Assembly (NCBI GenBank): GCA_965203295.1
Contig: CBDBCZ010000011.1
Span: 160,001-224,000, forward strand
Source of the DNA: Nitrospirales bacterium
Lineage (GTDB): Bacteria; Nitrospirota; Nitrospiria; Nitrospirales; UBA8639
Length of the DNA stretch: 64,000 nucleotides
Reading direction: 5' to 3'
The stretch's first letter is position 1; each line of letters opens with the position of its first letter. This document shows, one piece after another, positions 1 through 13,400 of the stretch. The position numbers were made by a program, and so were the translations under genes. The notes under the pieces were generated by a model. It had not been told where the DNA came from and ran no database searches. It worked only from the letters and a program-made list of their open reading frames with translations.

Positions 1-224
1 TCAGCAGTAAGTCTATGGCACAAACGGGCTATAAAGAAAGGCTAAAAGAAGTGTAGACTCGCTACCTTTGCTCGTTGTCTGAGAATTACACGCGTACTCG
101 CCCACGCTCATAATTACCTTTCTACTACCTTTCTACTCTTGGCCTCGCGCACGTGACTTTAGATCCCAGGTCCTGTGACATCTTTCGTGTAACCGAAAAT
201 GGCGCGGGCCTGGGAACGAGGCTA
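1..224 (-). mobile_element. Partial copy of the ~366-bp TAGCCTCG...CGAGGCTA non-autonomous element
   Basis: Reverse complement matches 10253-10480; ends CCTGGGAACGAGGCTA. Confidence 0.75.
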
Positions 225-783
225 GAAAAAGGTCAGGACAGGTGATTGTCCTAATTGAAAAAAAAATGGGTCTGCAACTCCAGTAACCAAACCATGCATT
301 GTCATAATAACCATTTATTTTTAGCAGTGTAGATTTTCTCTGCAGGTACTTTTCCACCAAGTCCTCAAAGACTGCCGTACTTAGCGGCCGTGTTTATTTG
401 ACGTCACGGATTTTTGCGTGTCAAAGAAATGCTGTAACCATAGGGACTTTCCCTTACTAGAATCAATAATCGCGCAGCTAACACCAAGCTATAGTTTGTT
501 GTTTGTGAATAGATCATCGGAACGCTCGATACTGCTACGGACTTACCGTAAACTCTGGTTGTTAGGTGCACTTCGCTATTAGGCGCATAACATTTATTAA
601 GCGCGTGCTTCCTTCCCGATCGTGAGTATCATTTTACCCCGCGCGTGTATGCGCAAGCGGGGTTAAGTAATCGGTTTTGTTTGTCTGTCGTCGTCTTTGA
701 CCGTGAAAAATGAGAACTTTTGCACCACACAAACATTTCCCACATACGTAGGACTGTCTTTTATTTAGTTCATCCTTCTGCAG

Positions 784-3700
784 GTGTCTACCAATAAGTG
801 AGGAAAGTGAAACGATGATGGTAGTAAAGATTGCACACAGAAGGGATATCCACCCTGGATGTTGTAAAAGTAACTCGTGTGTACAGGTAATGGCATAGTT
901 TAAAATATTAATATTATAAGTACCATTAATTTTTTTAATTTTGCTATTTGTTTTGTTTCAGATGTGCCCTCTACTAGAGGAATCCAAAAGTAAAGCTGAC
1001 TGTCATACAATGGCTTTAACAGAGAACCCTACCAGAGGTGCACATAACATCTATGAAGCCCTTAAAGCTGTGGATCGAAAAGTGAAGGAAAAGCAGCTGG
1101 AGGTTTGTAGTGAATGCCACATGCATTGCCAGTACGTACATTTGTTATTGTGAGCCAGCCAGTTACAATGAACCTAACAACTCAGCCCCATTATGGCATG
1201 GGTGGACACTTTAAAAATCTGAATAAGAAGTTTTGTGACTTTCGTGGAAACCAGAAGAGTTATATGCATGTGCTCTTAGATGTGAATACCGTATAGCCGG
1301 AAAATTTGGTGAGGACTTTAATTCGGCGGTTTGGCGAATCGTAAAAAATACCCAAATTAAATTCTCACGCATTATGTAATACGTAACACCCACGCGCGCA
1401 TTCAGCTACAAGAAAGAAGTTGTTGTTCCCATTCCACGTATGTGTTTCCTCTCTGTCCGGAAAGGATATCGAACTCGTGAACAAAGCTGTAAAGCGCTCT
1501 CTATCTGGAGACTTGAAGCCTGTCACACGGTCACCTCAAGGCAAGTATAACACTTACAAGCAAGAAAGGGCACAAATTGGAAAGTATGCCGCTGACAATG
1601 GAACGACAAAGGCCGCTACACACTTCTCAAAGCTTCTGGATAGTAAGATTGGCAAATCCAACGTCCCCATTGTCGAGCTCAGTGACAAAAAACTTTACAT
1701 CTGTACATGTTCAGCAGCGTTGCACGCCTAGGATTACGTAATACGCCAATATAAATTGCCAAAATTAATTGAAGATTACGTCATAGCCTTCGCCGTACAC
1801 AATTAAATTTCGCCAATATTTAATTTTAGCGGTTTTTGGCGATTTCGCCAAATTTAATTCTCGCCAAATTTTCCGGCTATACAGTATCATTGTTGGCTGC
1901 AAAGTTAGTTATCCATCCCGATAAACAAGTCACGTGACCAAAAGTGCTTACATCAATAAACAAATTTGCTTATGAAAACTATATGGCCAAAAGAATACTT
2001 ATAGCAGCTAGGCTGCTTGCATTTGACTAGGCTAGCAAGAAAGTGGAGGTTAAATACGTACTATCACAGTCTTGCTGTGCAAGGTGATTCATTACAGCAC
2101 CACAAAAAATAAGCCATCATCTACCCGACACTCATAAATTTCAGTGGCTTCTAGGCTTTTTCTACCTCTACCTCAGTCGTCAGGTAAGTAACTTTCTTGT
2201 GCAGCGGATTTCTTACACACAACAAAGAGCCGATGGGTTACCTGGTACGCTGCTATAAAATAGGTCTGGGGCTAGCTAATTTTGCCACCTGCGGCATATC
2301 ACGAGCTCATGTAGGAAAATGGCGACATGTATAGCGCCTTATTTTTTAGGGACCTACCAGTGTTCACTGCAGTACAGCATACATAGTGTGATTAAACTTC
2401 CAATTGCTGTTTCAAGGGACAGGTGGAGAGACAAACTTTGATCTTCCACAAACATACGCCATGCATTTTTGGTCTATTTGCATATGCTCTGTATCGCTTA
2501 CAGCCAATCCTTAAGTGTGCTGAGAAGAAGTAATTTCTCGTACAGCTAAGCTTTGCCTATAAAAAGTACACTAGGACTATTGTATAGCGGGACATTTTGG
2601 AAGGGAAAATTCCAATTGCAGTTGTACAGTATTGCAGAAGGGTTTATTTTAGCACAGACCTTCAAAGTTTTTAATGTGTAGTTGAGCTCGAGTAGCGAGA
2701 GAGATTCTGCAGCTGCCTGGTGCATAGAGACTGAAGATCGTTTGCCATTGTTGCTATTGACTCAATCACCAGTAGTAAGGCTACTTGCATGACTACAGAG
2801 TAAGTGGTACTGTATTAGTCTCACAGGCCAGTGAGACTATAGTTCCTGGCATTGCTATAGCCACACATGTGATTGCAAATGATCTGGGCCTGTGAGACCA
2901 CACCTTTATTGCAAGGTCAGTGAACTCACTGCAGAGTGGGAGAACTCACATGTATCTTAGTAGAATCATGATACACATGGCAGAAACAGCTTTCATCGAG
3001 GGGAAAATCATCAGTTACATTTTCGCTGCTTGAACTGACTGGTGAAATTACTCCTGGCAAAAATTTGCCACATATATGGTATTATTATCTAGATCTTAGT
3101 ATAGGTATAGCTACATAATTGCATTGCAGTATTTTGTAGGCTATAGTGGTTTATATACACTTGTTTCATTTTGCACTTCAGGTCACTTCTCAATTCACCA
3201 TTAAGGCACATGTCCCTGCCATTGCTATTTTACAAGAACCATGGACAGTGTCTCTTGTTGATAACCCTGGCTTTTCAGCTGATGATGATGGGGTAAATAG
3301 CCTTGCACGTACTGCAATGGCAACCAGTCATGCCTTTATACTCACCCTTGATTACAACACCATTGAAGACAAAATGAATACCAAAACCTTCCAGGATATT
3401 TTTCGCAAGGACGAAAGTACGTAGGTCTGATGAAGTAGAGGGTAGCTTAATTAACAATTATAAAAATATAATATGCAATTGTATTACTGTAGAGTACGTA
3501 TCAAGTGCCGACCATGTATTAAACGCCCACCCCCCTCTTCAGCATCAACTTTCTGCAAGGGGAACGTTTATTCACGTAGTATCCGCCCACTTGAACGCCC
3601 TGCAAACCCACGATGCAAATTGAGGGCACGAATTAAATGTAGCCTTCCTTAACCAACTATGGAAGCATTTGTATTATAATAGCTATACAAGTATGCAGAT

Positions 3701-4494
3701 ATATAACTGTGAAATCAGATAGCTGAAAAAACAAAGTAGCGAGCTGACTTACCTCCACTTAAAGCACACTAAACAATTTTACTGCTTGATTTTGCTCACT
3801 GCTTTAGTTGTATGTTTAGCTCACCTAGATGTTATTGTAGGAAATGTAATATGGTGAGGATTCCTCAGTTGCTGGGTGGTGGGCGGATACTACATGCTGT
3901 TTGCGGACGAATGCGTATTAAGCGCCCACCCCCCTCTTCCACTGCATCCTAAAGCTCCCCACCCATGGGAGCTTGATACGTACTCTACCGTACTGGTGCC
4001 TGCAATTTTCATGTCAATGTTAGGGGCTTCCACTTACACAAACAGGAATATCTTTTTGTTAATGCAGCTAACACAGTCTTAACCTGTATATATTTGCACA
4101 TCCTAGGTATTTTTGATGACAACCCCCCACGACTTGTGATTGCTGTCACCCACTTGGATATTCATTACCAACGTGTTGATGAGGATGAGCAACTCCCCCT
4201 TCCAGAGCTAAAGAAAAAAGCAGTGGATTTGGTTTGTGAGCAAGTATATAAAGCAGTGGGCGTTCGTATCTCAGATGAGAAAGTTGTGCCTGTTTTTGGA
4301 ACGTGGGCACTCAGTGCTAGACAGCTGAAATACCTACCAGATGATATCCAGTCTCGAAAGCGAGCAGAGAGGCATCTGAAACAGTTCTTCAATGGGCCAA
4401 GTGGGGAGGGCCAGGACATGTTAGCAGACATGAGTTCAAAAGACGTCATGGAGTTACTGGAAAAAGAAAGTGGTATAAGAAGGCTCGAGGAGAA
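784..4494 (+). CDS. GTPase domain of module 1 (G2-G5 region; G1 exon lies upstream of the window)
   Basis: Exons 784-886, 962-1102, 3182-3416 and 4107-4494 give LP..., DNPG, THLD, VPVFGTWAL and SGI..LE, the motif order typical of Dynamin_N/DLP domains. Confidence 0.85.
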
Positions 4495-7400
4495 GTAAGT
4501 ATTCCATGTTTGTACTAGTTCATGGACTAGGTGAGTGCAAAGCATTGTGGAGTGAGCGGGAGCGACCCCTCGCCTGTTGCAACATGGTTGAAGCTTGCCA
4601 GTCAACAGTCTGTAGACTGGCATGCAAATATGGCAGTTAATTCTCCTAGCTCTAGCCCTGCATGAGTCGTGCATGAGTCTTACAGGTGTGCACAACAACA
4701 CTGCGTGTCCATGTGCAAATACTTTCGAACATTGAATTGGATCATGGATATGCAATACGTGGACTAAAAAACTCTCAGCTGCATGCACGTACATATGCAC
4801 AGTCAAATTCTCAATTCAACACACTAGTGCGGAGCTTGCTCACTCTAACCCAACCATTTCTAATGTCAGTAGTATGTGAAGCTAAACTAATAGCTCTGTA
4901 TGCTTGCAAGTAGGCTATTAACCTCATGCTGGCAAATACAATGTCAGCAGTTACATGTGGCTACTAGATGCACCTGATGGTAGCTAGCGCTATCCATTTT
5001 AGTTTGCTGTAATTTTAGTGACAGTATATACAATCTGTACCTGATGAGTCTATAAGGTCGAAACAGCTGTTCTGCAGTATAATGTTTGACCATCAAACCA
5101 ACACTGGAGATTGATAGCACCCTCACTCCATAAGATATGTGTCTGTAGCACAATAGTAACTATTTTGTGGTTGGAATTAGAGAGCATAGTCCAATATTGT
5201 AAACCTCACATTGTCTTTTTTTATATACACAGAATACAAAATATGTTAAAAGAATTTGGAAAGGGATGGATCAGATCAGTCCATGCAGATTGCTTAAACT
5301 ATATTGAAGCTGCACTCAAAGCTCTTAGGGAGAAGATTTCCCTGTTGGATACAGTTATGAAGGGTAAGGCAGTAGCATCAATGAGTAAAGGAATTCATCT
5401 GAAATATAATTCAGCAGTTGAAATGAAGACTACTGAAGGCCAAAACTTCACATTTTTGGGTTTTAATTAAAGGCAAACTGTGTGTTTTTGACAGCAATAT
5501 GATTATTGCATACGTACAGTTTAAATCATGATAGTTCCTAGAACTTAATGGAAATTACTCAAGTGTGTTTCCGTTACAACCCTCGGTTTAAATAATTACC
5601 TCATATCACATATGCACGAGTGGGGTTAAGCAATTGGTTTTGTTCGTTTGTCTGTCATAAAAATATTGTCATAACAAAATCACAGTGCTGTGCATTTATG
5701 GAGACCCTAGCTTCATGGGTATTTTGAGATGAAGGGAGGATGGTCTCTGTAAGCGCACTGTCCTGTGTTTTGTCACTACTCTGTAGCTATTGCATTGCGC
5801 TGTGATGTGTAGATAGTCTGTGAACGCATTGCGGTGTGAGTTTTAGCTTGTTTCATTTATCTGTGCAAGTGCATCCCTACATGAATGGTTTTAACTCTTT
5901 GGTAAAGTCCAATTAAGTAACTTGTTTTGGGTGTTGTTGTTTTTTTGGAAGGGAGCGTGAAAGTGCATCATTTGATGTTGTTATTTGTGGTGTAGCTGCC
6001 GGCTCCCTCCTGTATTACTCATCCCCATTAGAACATATCTAGGGTGCTTATAGATGAGTAACTGAATGTGTTTCTTCTTTATGACACCGGTGAGAGTCTG
6101 GGTACAAAAGAATACTTCAACAACACCACTGGCCAGAAGCCGTTTGTACTTGTGCCAACTAATATAATCAGCCATGTGAATAAGTGTATTCATTTTTTTA
6201 CCTATGGTTCGTGTAACTTACGCAGTAATGAACCAGGAGGTGCAACTCAGTCAGCTCAGCCTGCACAATCAAAAGTAGGCGCTAAATAGACGAACACATA
6301 GTGGCAGGCAGTCTGTGCATGCACAGTGCTAGTCATTAAGTGGCATTAAATGGCAAGCGTTCACTCAGGAGTTCTTGTGACTCACTGTTGAAAGCCACTA
6401 TTGCGCTACATGGTGGAAGAAAGAACGAAGAAGTTGAACTATTAAGCGACCTGCTGATTTCAATGCCTTCTATCAATTATGGCCGATTATGGTATCACTC
6501 TTTTGATGATAAAAACGCCTGAGTATAACAGGTACAGTTCATAAAAGCCTCTGACTGCTTGCATAGCAGAAATGTGAATGCATGATTTTATACATGCTTA
6601 ATGAGGCGTCTTTTTTCCTTGTGCCACCCTACATATGGATTACTACCGTACTCCGTGATATATACTGCCTAGCTAGTCTACATACGTACCATTTGTGACT
6701 GAGATCGTTCACGAATAATATATTCACTAATTTTATTTGTGTACATTGGATAGCAGGCACTCCTTTTGTACGTTTGAACACCTGGGATCAGAATGAGGCT
6801 ATGATAATTTATGCATCAGGGATAAAATTCACTATTTTTTCAGGATGTGCTTGTAATAATTTGCTTCCTATGTGTGATGGACTGACAAAGATATTTGTAC
6901 ACACGAATGCTAGCTGAGTTGCGAGCCAGGATGCTTCTGTAGAATAGTGCCTCGAAGTAGCCTCAAACCCATGCCTTCTGTATACAGCCATGGGCTGTGA
7001 AAAATAGTGTGTGAAAGGCTTGGATTCTAAGCTACCTCCAGGCTATATATATATTGCCTTCCACCTCCTCTCGTTTTCATGCTTTCATGACCTCTGCTAC
7101 GTGTTATTACTCCATGTGAGAGAAACTGTTCCCTTGCAGTTGTGCATGCTAAGATCAATCAGCTTCCCTCACTGCAGCTCAAAATGAACAGTACCAGCAG
7201 AGCCTGCAGCATCAGCAGAATATTGCTCACATTCAGCAGGGATTTGGTCAAAATTTGCAAGAAGATAGTTCCAGTCCCGTGATGCAGCAACTCACCGAAT
7301 GCTATCTTCAAGATGTGAAGGTAATTATGTAGAGTTTTAATATTTTCCATGCCAACCAGACATGCACAAAGAATGCATCCAGGTTGTCTAAGACTACTGA

Positions 7401-10400
7401 TGCCTCTGTCTGTTTCTTTCTATCTGCACTCATCATAGTCGACTACAGTTATGTTATGTGTGATTCTTATATGTTAAACAAAATACACTTACTTGTGTAG
7501 CTTGGCCTACAAACCTCCAACAGATGCTATATAGAAAACAAAGTAGGCAACCATGTTTATCACTTTTACAAGATACAGCTGCCAACCAGAAACACATGAT
7601 GAAACTGCTGAGTAAAGTGCAGCATATTTTATCCTTGTTACTGTCTTAGGGTGTCAGCAAAAGTGCCAAAGAGGAACTTACTGAATTCGAGAAGCAATGC
7701 AGAGAAAACCTTGTTGAAGGGTGTATTCCCAAACAGTCCTTTGATTCAGGTTTGATACAGCTGAAACGTGCGGGCCAGTAATATTATACCTGTCGGTATT
7801 ATTTGCTATTGTCTGTTGTCTAGGCCTGAAGAATTTACTGTTAAAGCTCAAGAAGCTAGTAGAAAGACAGGGGTTTAGAAACATCTATGAGCAGCTTGAA
7901 GGTCTCAGAGAGGATGCCATACAGCAGAAAGCTAGCTTGCAAACTTCAGCAAAGGAGTACTGCTGCCATAGCGGTAGTAGTTTTCCTTGTGAGTTAACAT
8001 ACACAGCATCGATTTAAGAGTGTGTAATACTGTTATTTCTTGGCTGTAATGTAGATCTGTCCAAAAAAGTGAATGAATTGAAATCAACAGTTCAACCACT
8101 TGTAACCTTGGCTGGACTCAAGAACAAAGACATTGTTGAACACCGTCTGAATCTACAGGAGATCAAGAGAATTCACCAAGGGTAAGAATTCACTTTAAAA
8201 ATGCTAGCATATGCCCATATGTAGGTGATAGTCACAAACTGATTCATATAGCCAATAGGCACGTATACGTGTGCACATTTTGTTCTGCTTTGCAAATCTT
8301 TTTTTGTGAGCTTGCTCAGATCCTCTTCATGACCGCGTTCTTTTTCTTGCTGCAGTTCTGCTGTGCTCAATAGTTGTCACAGTCCATTTGATGCAAAATT
8401 TGAGGAAGGGGAGAGCCAAAGGTGAGCACATAAAACTATATGCACACACACTTTTAAATTAAATTTAGATCATAATATTATAGTTTACAGTAATAGTACC
8501 AATCAGACGCACGGGCACACCCAGGCATTTTAAAGAATAATTTGTGAGCTTGAAAGAATAATTCATGGATGAAAATGCACAAACTAATGAAGTTAACCAT
8601 TTGAGCATGATCGGTGTATTTATATGCCTTATGAATCACAACAGGCGTATATCATGGAGTACGGTAGCCTCGAACCCAGACCATGTTACTTTTTTGCGAT
8701 TCCATCCCTACATGCTCTTTCATTTTTAAATGATTTTCTATTATATACAATATCATATGTATTTTTATAGCGATACGTGCAAACATGTATTATTTTTGTT
8801 GCCCAGGAGATAATTAATTCTTATGGAGACACGGTTGAGTATTTTCAATTTCTGCTTTTACACTTCAGCATTCCACAAGTTCAGTCTATTACAGCAGCTG
8901 TGTGGGAAACGATCAAGAGAGCACTTCACTGGTGGTAAGTTCTGCAATTATGAGCAGAATGCAGCATTACGAATGTACTTACATTATGAATAAACAACTC
9001 TTCCCTTTTATTTACAATCACACGTTAAAGTGTACTATTCTAGATAGAATGAAATGGTAATACGTAGGAGTTGATTGTGAAACTTATTGGCTGCATGTTT
9101 TTTTTAGGAATGTGTTACTCAGAAGTGCACCTGATGCTGATACATGTGGAAGTTTAAGGTTTGTTGTATAGACATCTGGCTATTTGTAAGGTACACTGCT
9201 ATGGTTGTGTCATCACTAAGTTGTGCATGCATTTACACTACTAGTCTTGTCAACTATCATTGCCGAGCGCCTTAGCGCGAGGCAAGTAATCGTGTATCGC
9301 ATTCGGCTTGCGTTTGTATGTATGTATGTATATCCGTCACACTTGGGCGTGGTTTGTGTCGTCTGGTCCGGTCCCCAGATCTCCATACTGCGGTTTTTCC
9401 AGGCCACGACCACGTGCTTACGTAGCCTCTTCGTTCACGTTCGATGAAGCTTGGAATCCAAATGTGATCGCGCTAGAGTGCGAAAGCGAAAGCAAAGAGC
9501 CGCCGCTTCAGAAGACACGAAGGCAAAGGAGAGAGAAGACGACAGGTTGCGGAAGAGACGATGTCTACAGGGAGAAGGGAGCGGTGCCAGGTAAGACCAC
9601 TCCATGTATTTTGGCGCTAGGAGACCTCGCTGACATCCTCGAACTCGTGAAAAGGGCAAGGACGCTTCGCCATCATCGCACACGCCACAGCAACTAGCTA
9701 TACAGCAAGCTACACGTGGTTACAATAAAAATCGACTTGCATATCTCCGGATATTCTTCCGCGCGAGGCATACTCTGCGCATGCGTATTCCTAGTATTCT
9801 ACAATGAGTAGTGATTGTCTGTATCTGGGAAGCCATAAAATCGTGGGTTACATTATGTGGAGAATCCAAGATATTTCTCATTTCCCCTGACCGTATCAAA
9901 AAAATGTGTTAAGCCATGCAAGTGAAAGGAGGTGTTTGGTCACTGGATGACAGACAGTATGACAAATATTTAATGATAAGTAGAATTCTTGAATTCTATT
10001 ATGTCCACTTGTTCAAATCAAATTACTCTCTGCTCCAAGAGGCTTACTGTATAGCAGGAGAATTTGGCAAGGGCTTTAATTTGGCAGTTTGGCAAATTGT
10101 ACTAAATTGTCCAATTGATTTCTCGCCAATTATAAAACTTAGTGTAATCTGTAACGCCAATGCACATTTCTGCAGCTAGCTAGCTATATAGCTCTACACA
10201 AAAACCTTACAAGTTACCACTGTCTGACCTCACAACTATAGTGCAATAGTTATAGCCTCGTTCCCTGGCCTGCGCCATTTTCGGTTACACGAATGATGTC
10301 ACAGGGCCTGGGATCTAAAATCACGTGCGCGAGGCCAAGAGTAGAAAGGTAGTAGAAAGGTAATAAAGAGTGTGGGCGAGTAAACATGCAATTCTCAGAC

Positions 10401-13400
10401 AACGAGTGAAGGTAGCAAATCTACACTTCATGTAGCTTTCTTGATAGCCCGTTTGTGCCATAGATTTACCGCTGAAAGAAGTCTCCAGTAAAATGTAGAG
10501 AAATGCAGCCATCTTTCAAAGTGTATTATGACGTAAGTTGATCACGTGACTTCAGTTACCAGGCCCTGTGATTTTCCTTCGTGCAACCGAAAAAGTCGCG
10601 GATCTTGAAACGAGGCTACAGTAGTTACACACCAGAATAAAGCGTAGTATTCCACTGAGAACTGAGTAACATAGACTTCTATGTACGTACTTGGATTGAA
10701 AGATAAGCATGCTAGCAAGTTGAATACCGGTACATCATGCACAAAAATTATTATGTCATACGCCATATAAATTTAAATTTCACCGATATTATTTTATAGC
10801 TTTTTTGGTAGTTTGCCAAATTTAATGCTCACCACATTTTCCTGCTGTACAGTATGTCACGTACAGTAGGCTTTGCCTTTGTGAATGCATAGAGGTACAC
10901 TCAGAGTGAATAATTATCATTGTGAGCCTCAGCTTACATGATTAGAAGTATCACAATGACCTACCAAGTGGCCAATAGTTTGGACTGGAGAGCTGAGAGC
11001 CTCCGTTTGAACCCCATCATACTCTATCCAAGCTTGAACCCATCACCATATGCCAACTCCCAATAGCCCTTTTGATTCGAGGTCATATAATATAATGGAA
11101 GTTCACCACTTTCAGCTTCACCCAATTTTGGTGCAACAGTGTAGGTAATGCCTGACATCTCCCTTCAGGGCTCTCCAGCAAGTAGTGCTGCTACAAGTAC
11201 CTAGAGCAATGGTATAACTATATAACTTCTATTTCAACTCTCCATTCAGATCCCCTACCATTGATTCACAAGCTCAGTGTGTTGCTGAAACTGAAAGTGT
11301 TGCTAACACTGATTCAGAAGTTCCTGTTGTTGAATATTTAAGGTTTGTTATTTCTTTGCCGTGATGTAGCAAACAAATTCCATTGTGAGTACTACGTAAG
11401 TATATCAATACCCCTGGTACGTATGGCAGTGATGAATTGTATGAGTAGGGAATAAAACTGTACAGGTTAAGCCAACACCATTCCTTCAACATCATAAACT
11501 TCACACTGCCACGCATGTGAGGCTATTAAATTTCCTCCTAAAAGTTACGTAATACATTATGGCCCAGAATTATTAGATACTGGATATGATATGTTTTCAT
11601 TCATGTAGTGTCCATGAACTTGAAGAACTAATTCAAAGAATACATGATGGGGTGGTGGAAAGTATGTACAAGTACTTTGATGAAATCCAACAGGAAATCA
11701 TTATTGTGAGTATTCGTAATTATACCACATGCTACGTAGGCTACTGGAACATTGCTATACCTGTTCATGATACTTGATGTGGGGGATTTGCTTTTGTTTC
11801 TTTGGTAATTGGTATTTACTAGTTATACCTTAGCTTGTGTAGTTAGCACTGTACAATTCTTATCATGAATACATTCTAACGTATTCAATTGTTATGTACT
11901 GCAGTTTTTCTTCAACAATGGCTATCGTGATTATGTTATTCACGGTCTTGAAGAATTCTCCAAGCAGTTTTCTGTGCCTGTTAAAAAGCAGGATAGAGAA
12001 ATGAAAGTTGTAAGTGTTGAATAAGCAAAATTTATAAACACGTGTTTTTAATCTTACTGCATGTCTTGGAACTACATCAAGCAATATTAAAGCTGTTATT
12101 ATGTTTGCAAGTATGTATTACTCTGGGCTTTATTCAGTATAGTTATAATTTGCCAAACTCAATGAAGTCAATGATTGCTTCGTAAGAGTCAAATTTCACA
12201 ACTAGCATTCATTGATGTTTTGCTACATACGTACCTACATTCATTTCAGGAATTCAACAATTATCTGGTGATAGATTATGCATGTACTTGTGAGGCATCT
12301 CATGCATGGTTTTTCTTAGAACACAAAGGAAAAATTCATTGTGTTGTTACAGGTACATGCATACCTGTTTATTTAAGGTAGTGGTGTACAATGTGAAAAC
12401 GGGTTTTCTTTCCTGTCAAGTAGTGGAACCCATCCTGCTTCCTTATTCCAAACAGATGGGAGCTGTTCTAAAAGAATTGCAGGAGGATGCTGATGTTTTG
12501 GAAGCGTGGTGTCAAAACCTGATACATCTCCAGAAAGTTCTTCGTCCTCAAGCTAAAGCTTTTTACGAGAAGCACTTTCAGGTTTGTTGAAGTACATATC
12601 CAAATCTTTGCTTGCTTAATTTCATTGCCTCTCTTCCTACACAGAGTTCACAACCAGAATTACATGTACCAAAGGCTGGTTTATCAGAATCATCTGCTTC
12701 AACAGACACCAGATTCCTTTCAACAGACAAACCAAACAGAATCAAGGCAAGTTTAAATACTTCCACATACTTCTTACTATAATTGACACATATATAGTTT
12801 TCGCCAATGTTCAGTAATTACAGCTGCTTCATAATATTATGATGTACAATGCATTGTATTGTGTTCTTAAAAAGTAATGTGTATGGTGGGTAAGAAGGAT
12901 AAGTCATTCAACAGTGTCCACAAACTGAGCCGCAGTGCTGCAATACAGGCTGTTGTAAAGGCTGTAATAGTGAGTATATAGATCTTAAACAGCCACTTTA
13001 GACTGCAACCGGCCATAATTTAAGCCACGACAGACCATGCTGTGTTAGTGCATTAACGTTAATATTACTACGTTGTTGCAAGGAATATGGTTGTGAGCAT
13101 TGTATGAAGTTCAACCTCAATAAGACTCAACGTATCTGCTTCAGACGGTTGGTGTCTCGCCTAACTTTTGTGTAATAAGTTTATCGTTGCTAGCCCTGTG
13201 GTACATCTACAGGATGAAGTTATTCACCTTGGTAATCTTTTAGACTATAGGCTGGATGATGGTGCAGATGTCTATTCGTCTTGCCAACATTACTCATTGA
13301 CAAGTTCGTTTTCTGGGTTTCAATCCAGATGTCGTCACTCGGCTAATCCAGGCATACTGTTCAGCCTTTTATGGAGCAGCCACTTGGTCTTTGAGCTGTA

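Noticed and set aside
4165..4806. 213-aa minus-strand ORF
   Set aside because: Antisense shadow of the DLP exon 4107-4494; no recognisable motifs.
7501..7542. Possible extra phase 0-0 exon (LGLQTSNRCYIENK) of the DLP gene
   Set aside because: Not needed for frame continuity and has no counterpart in module 2; left out pending RNA data.
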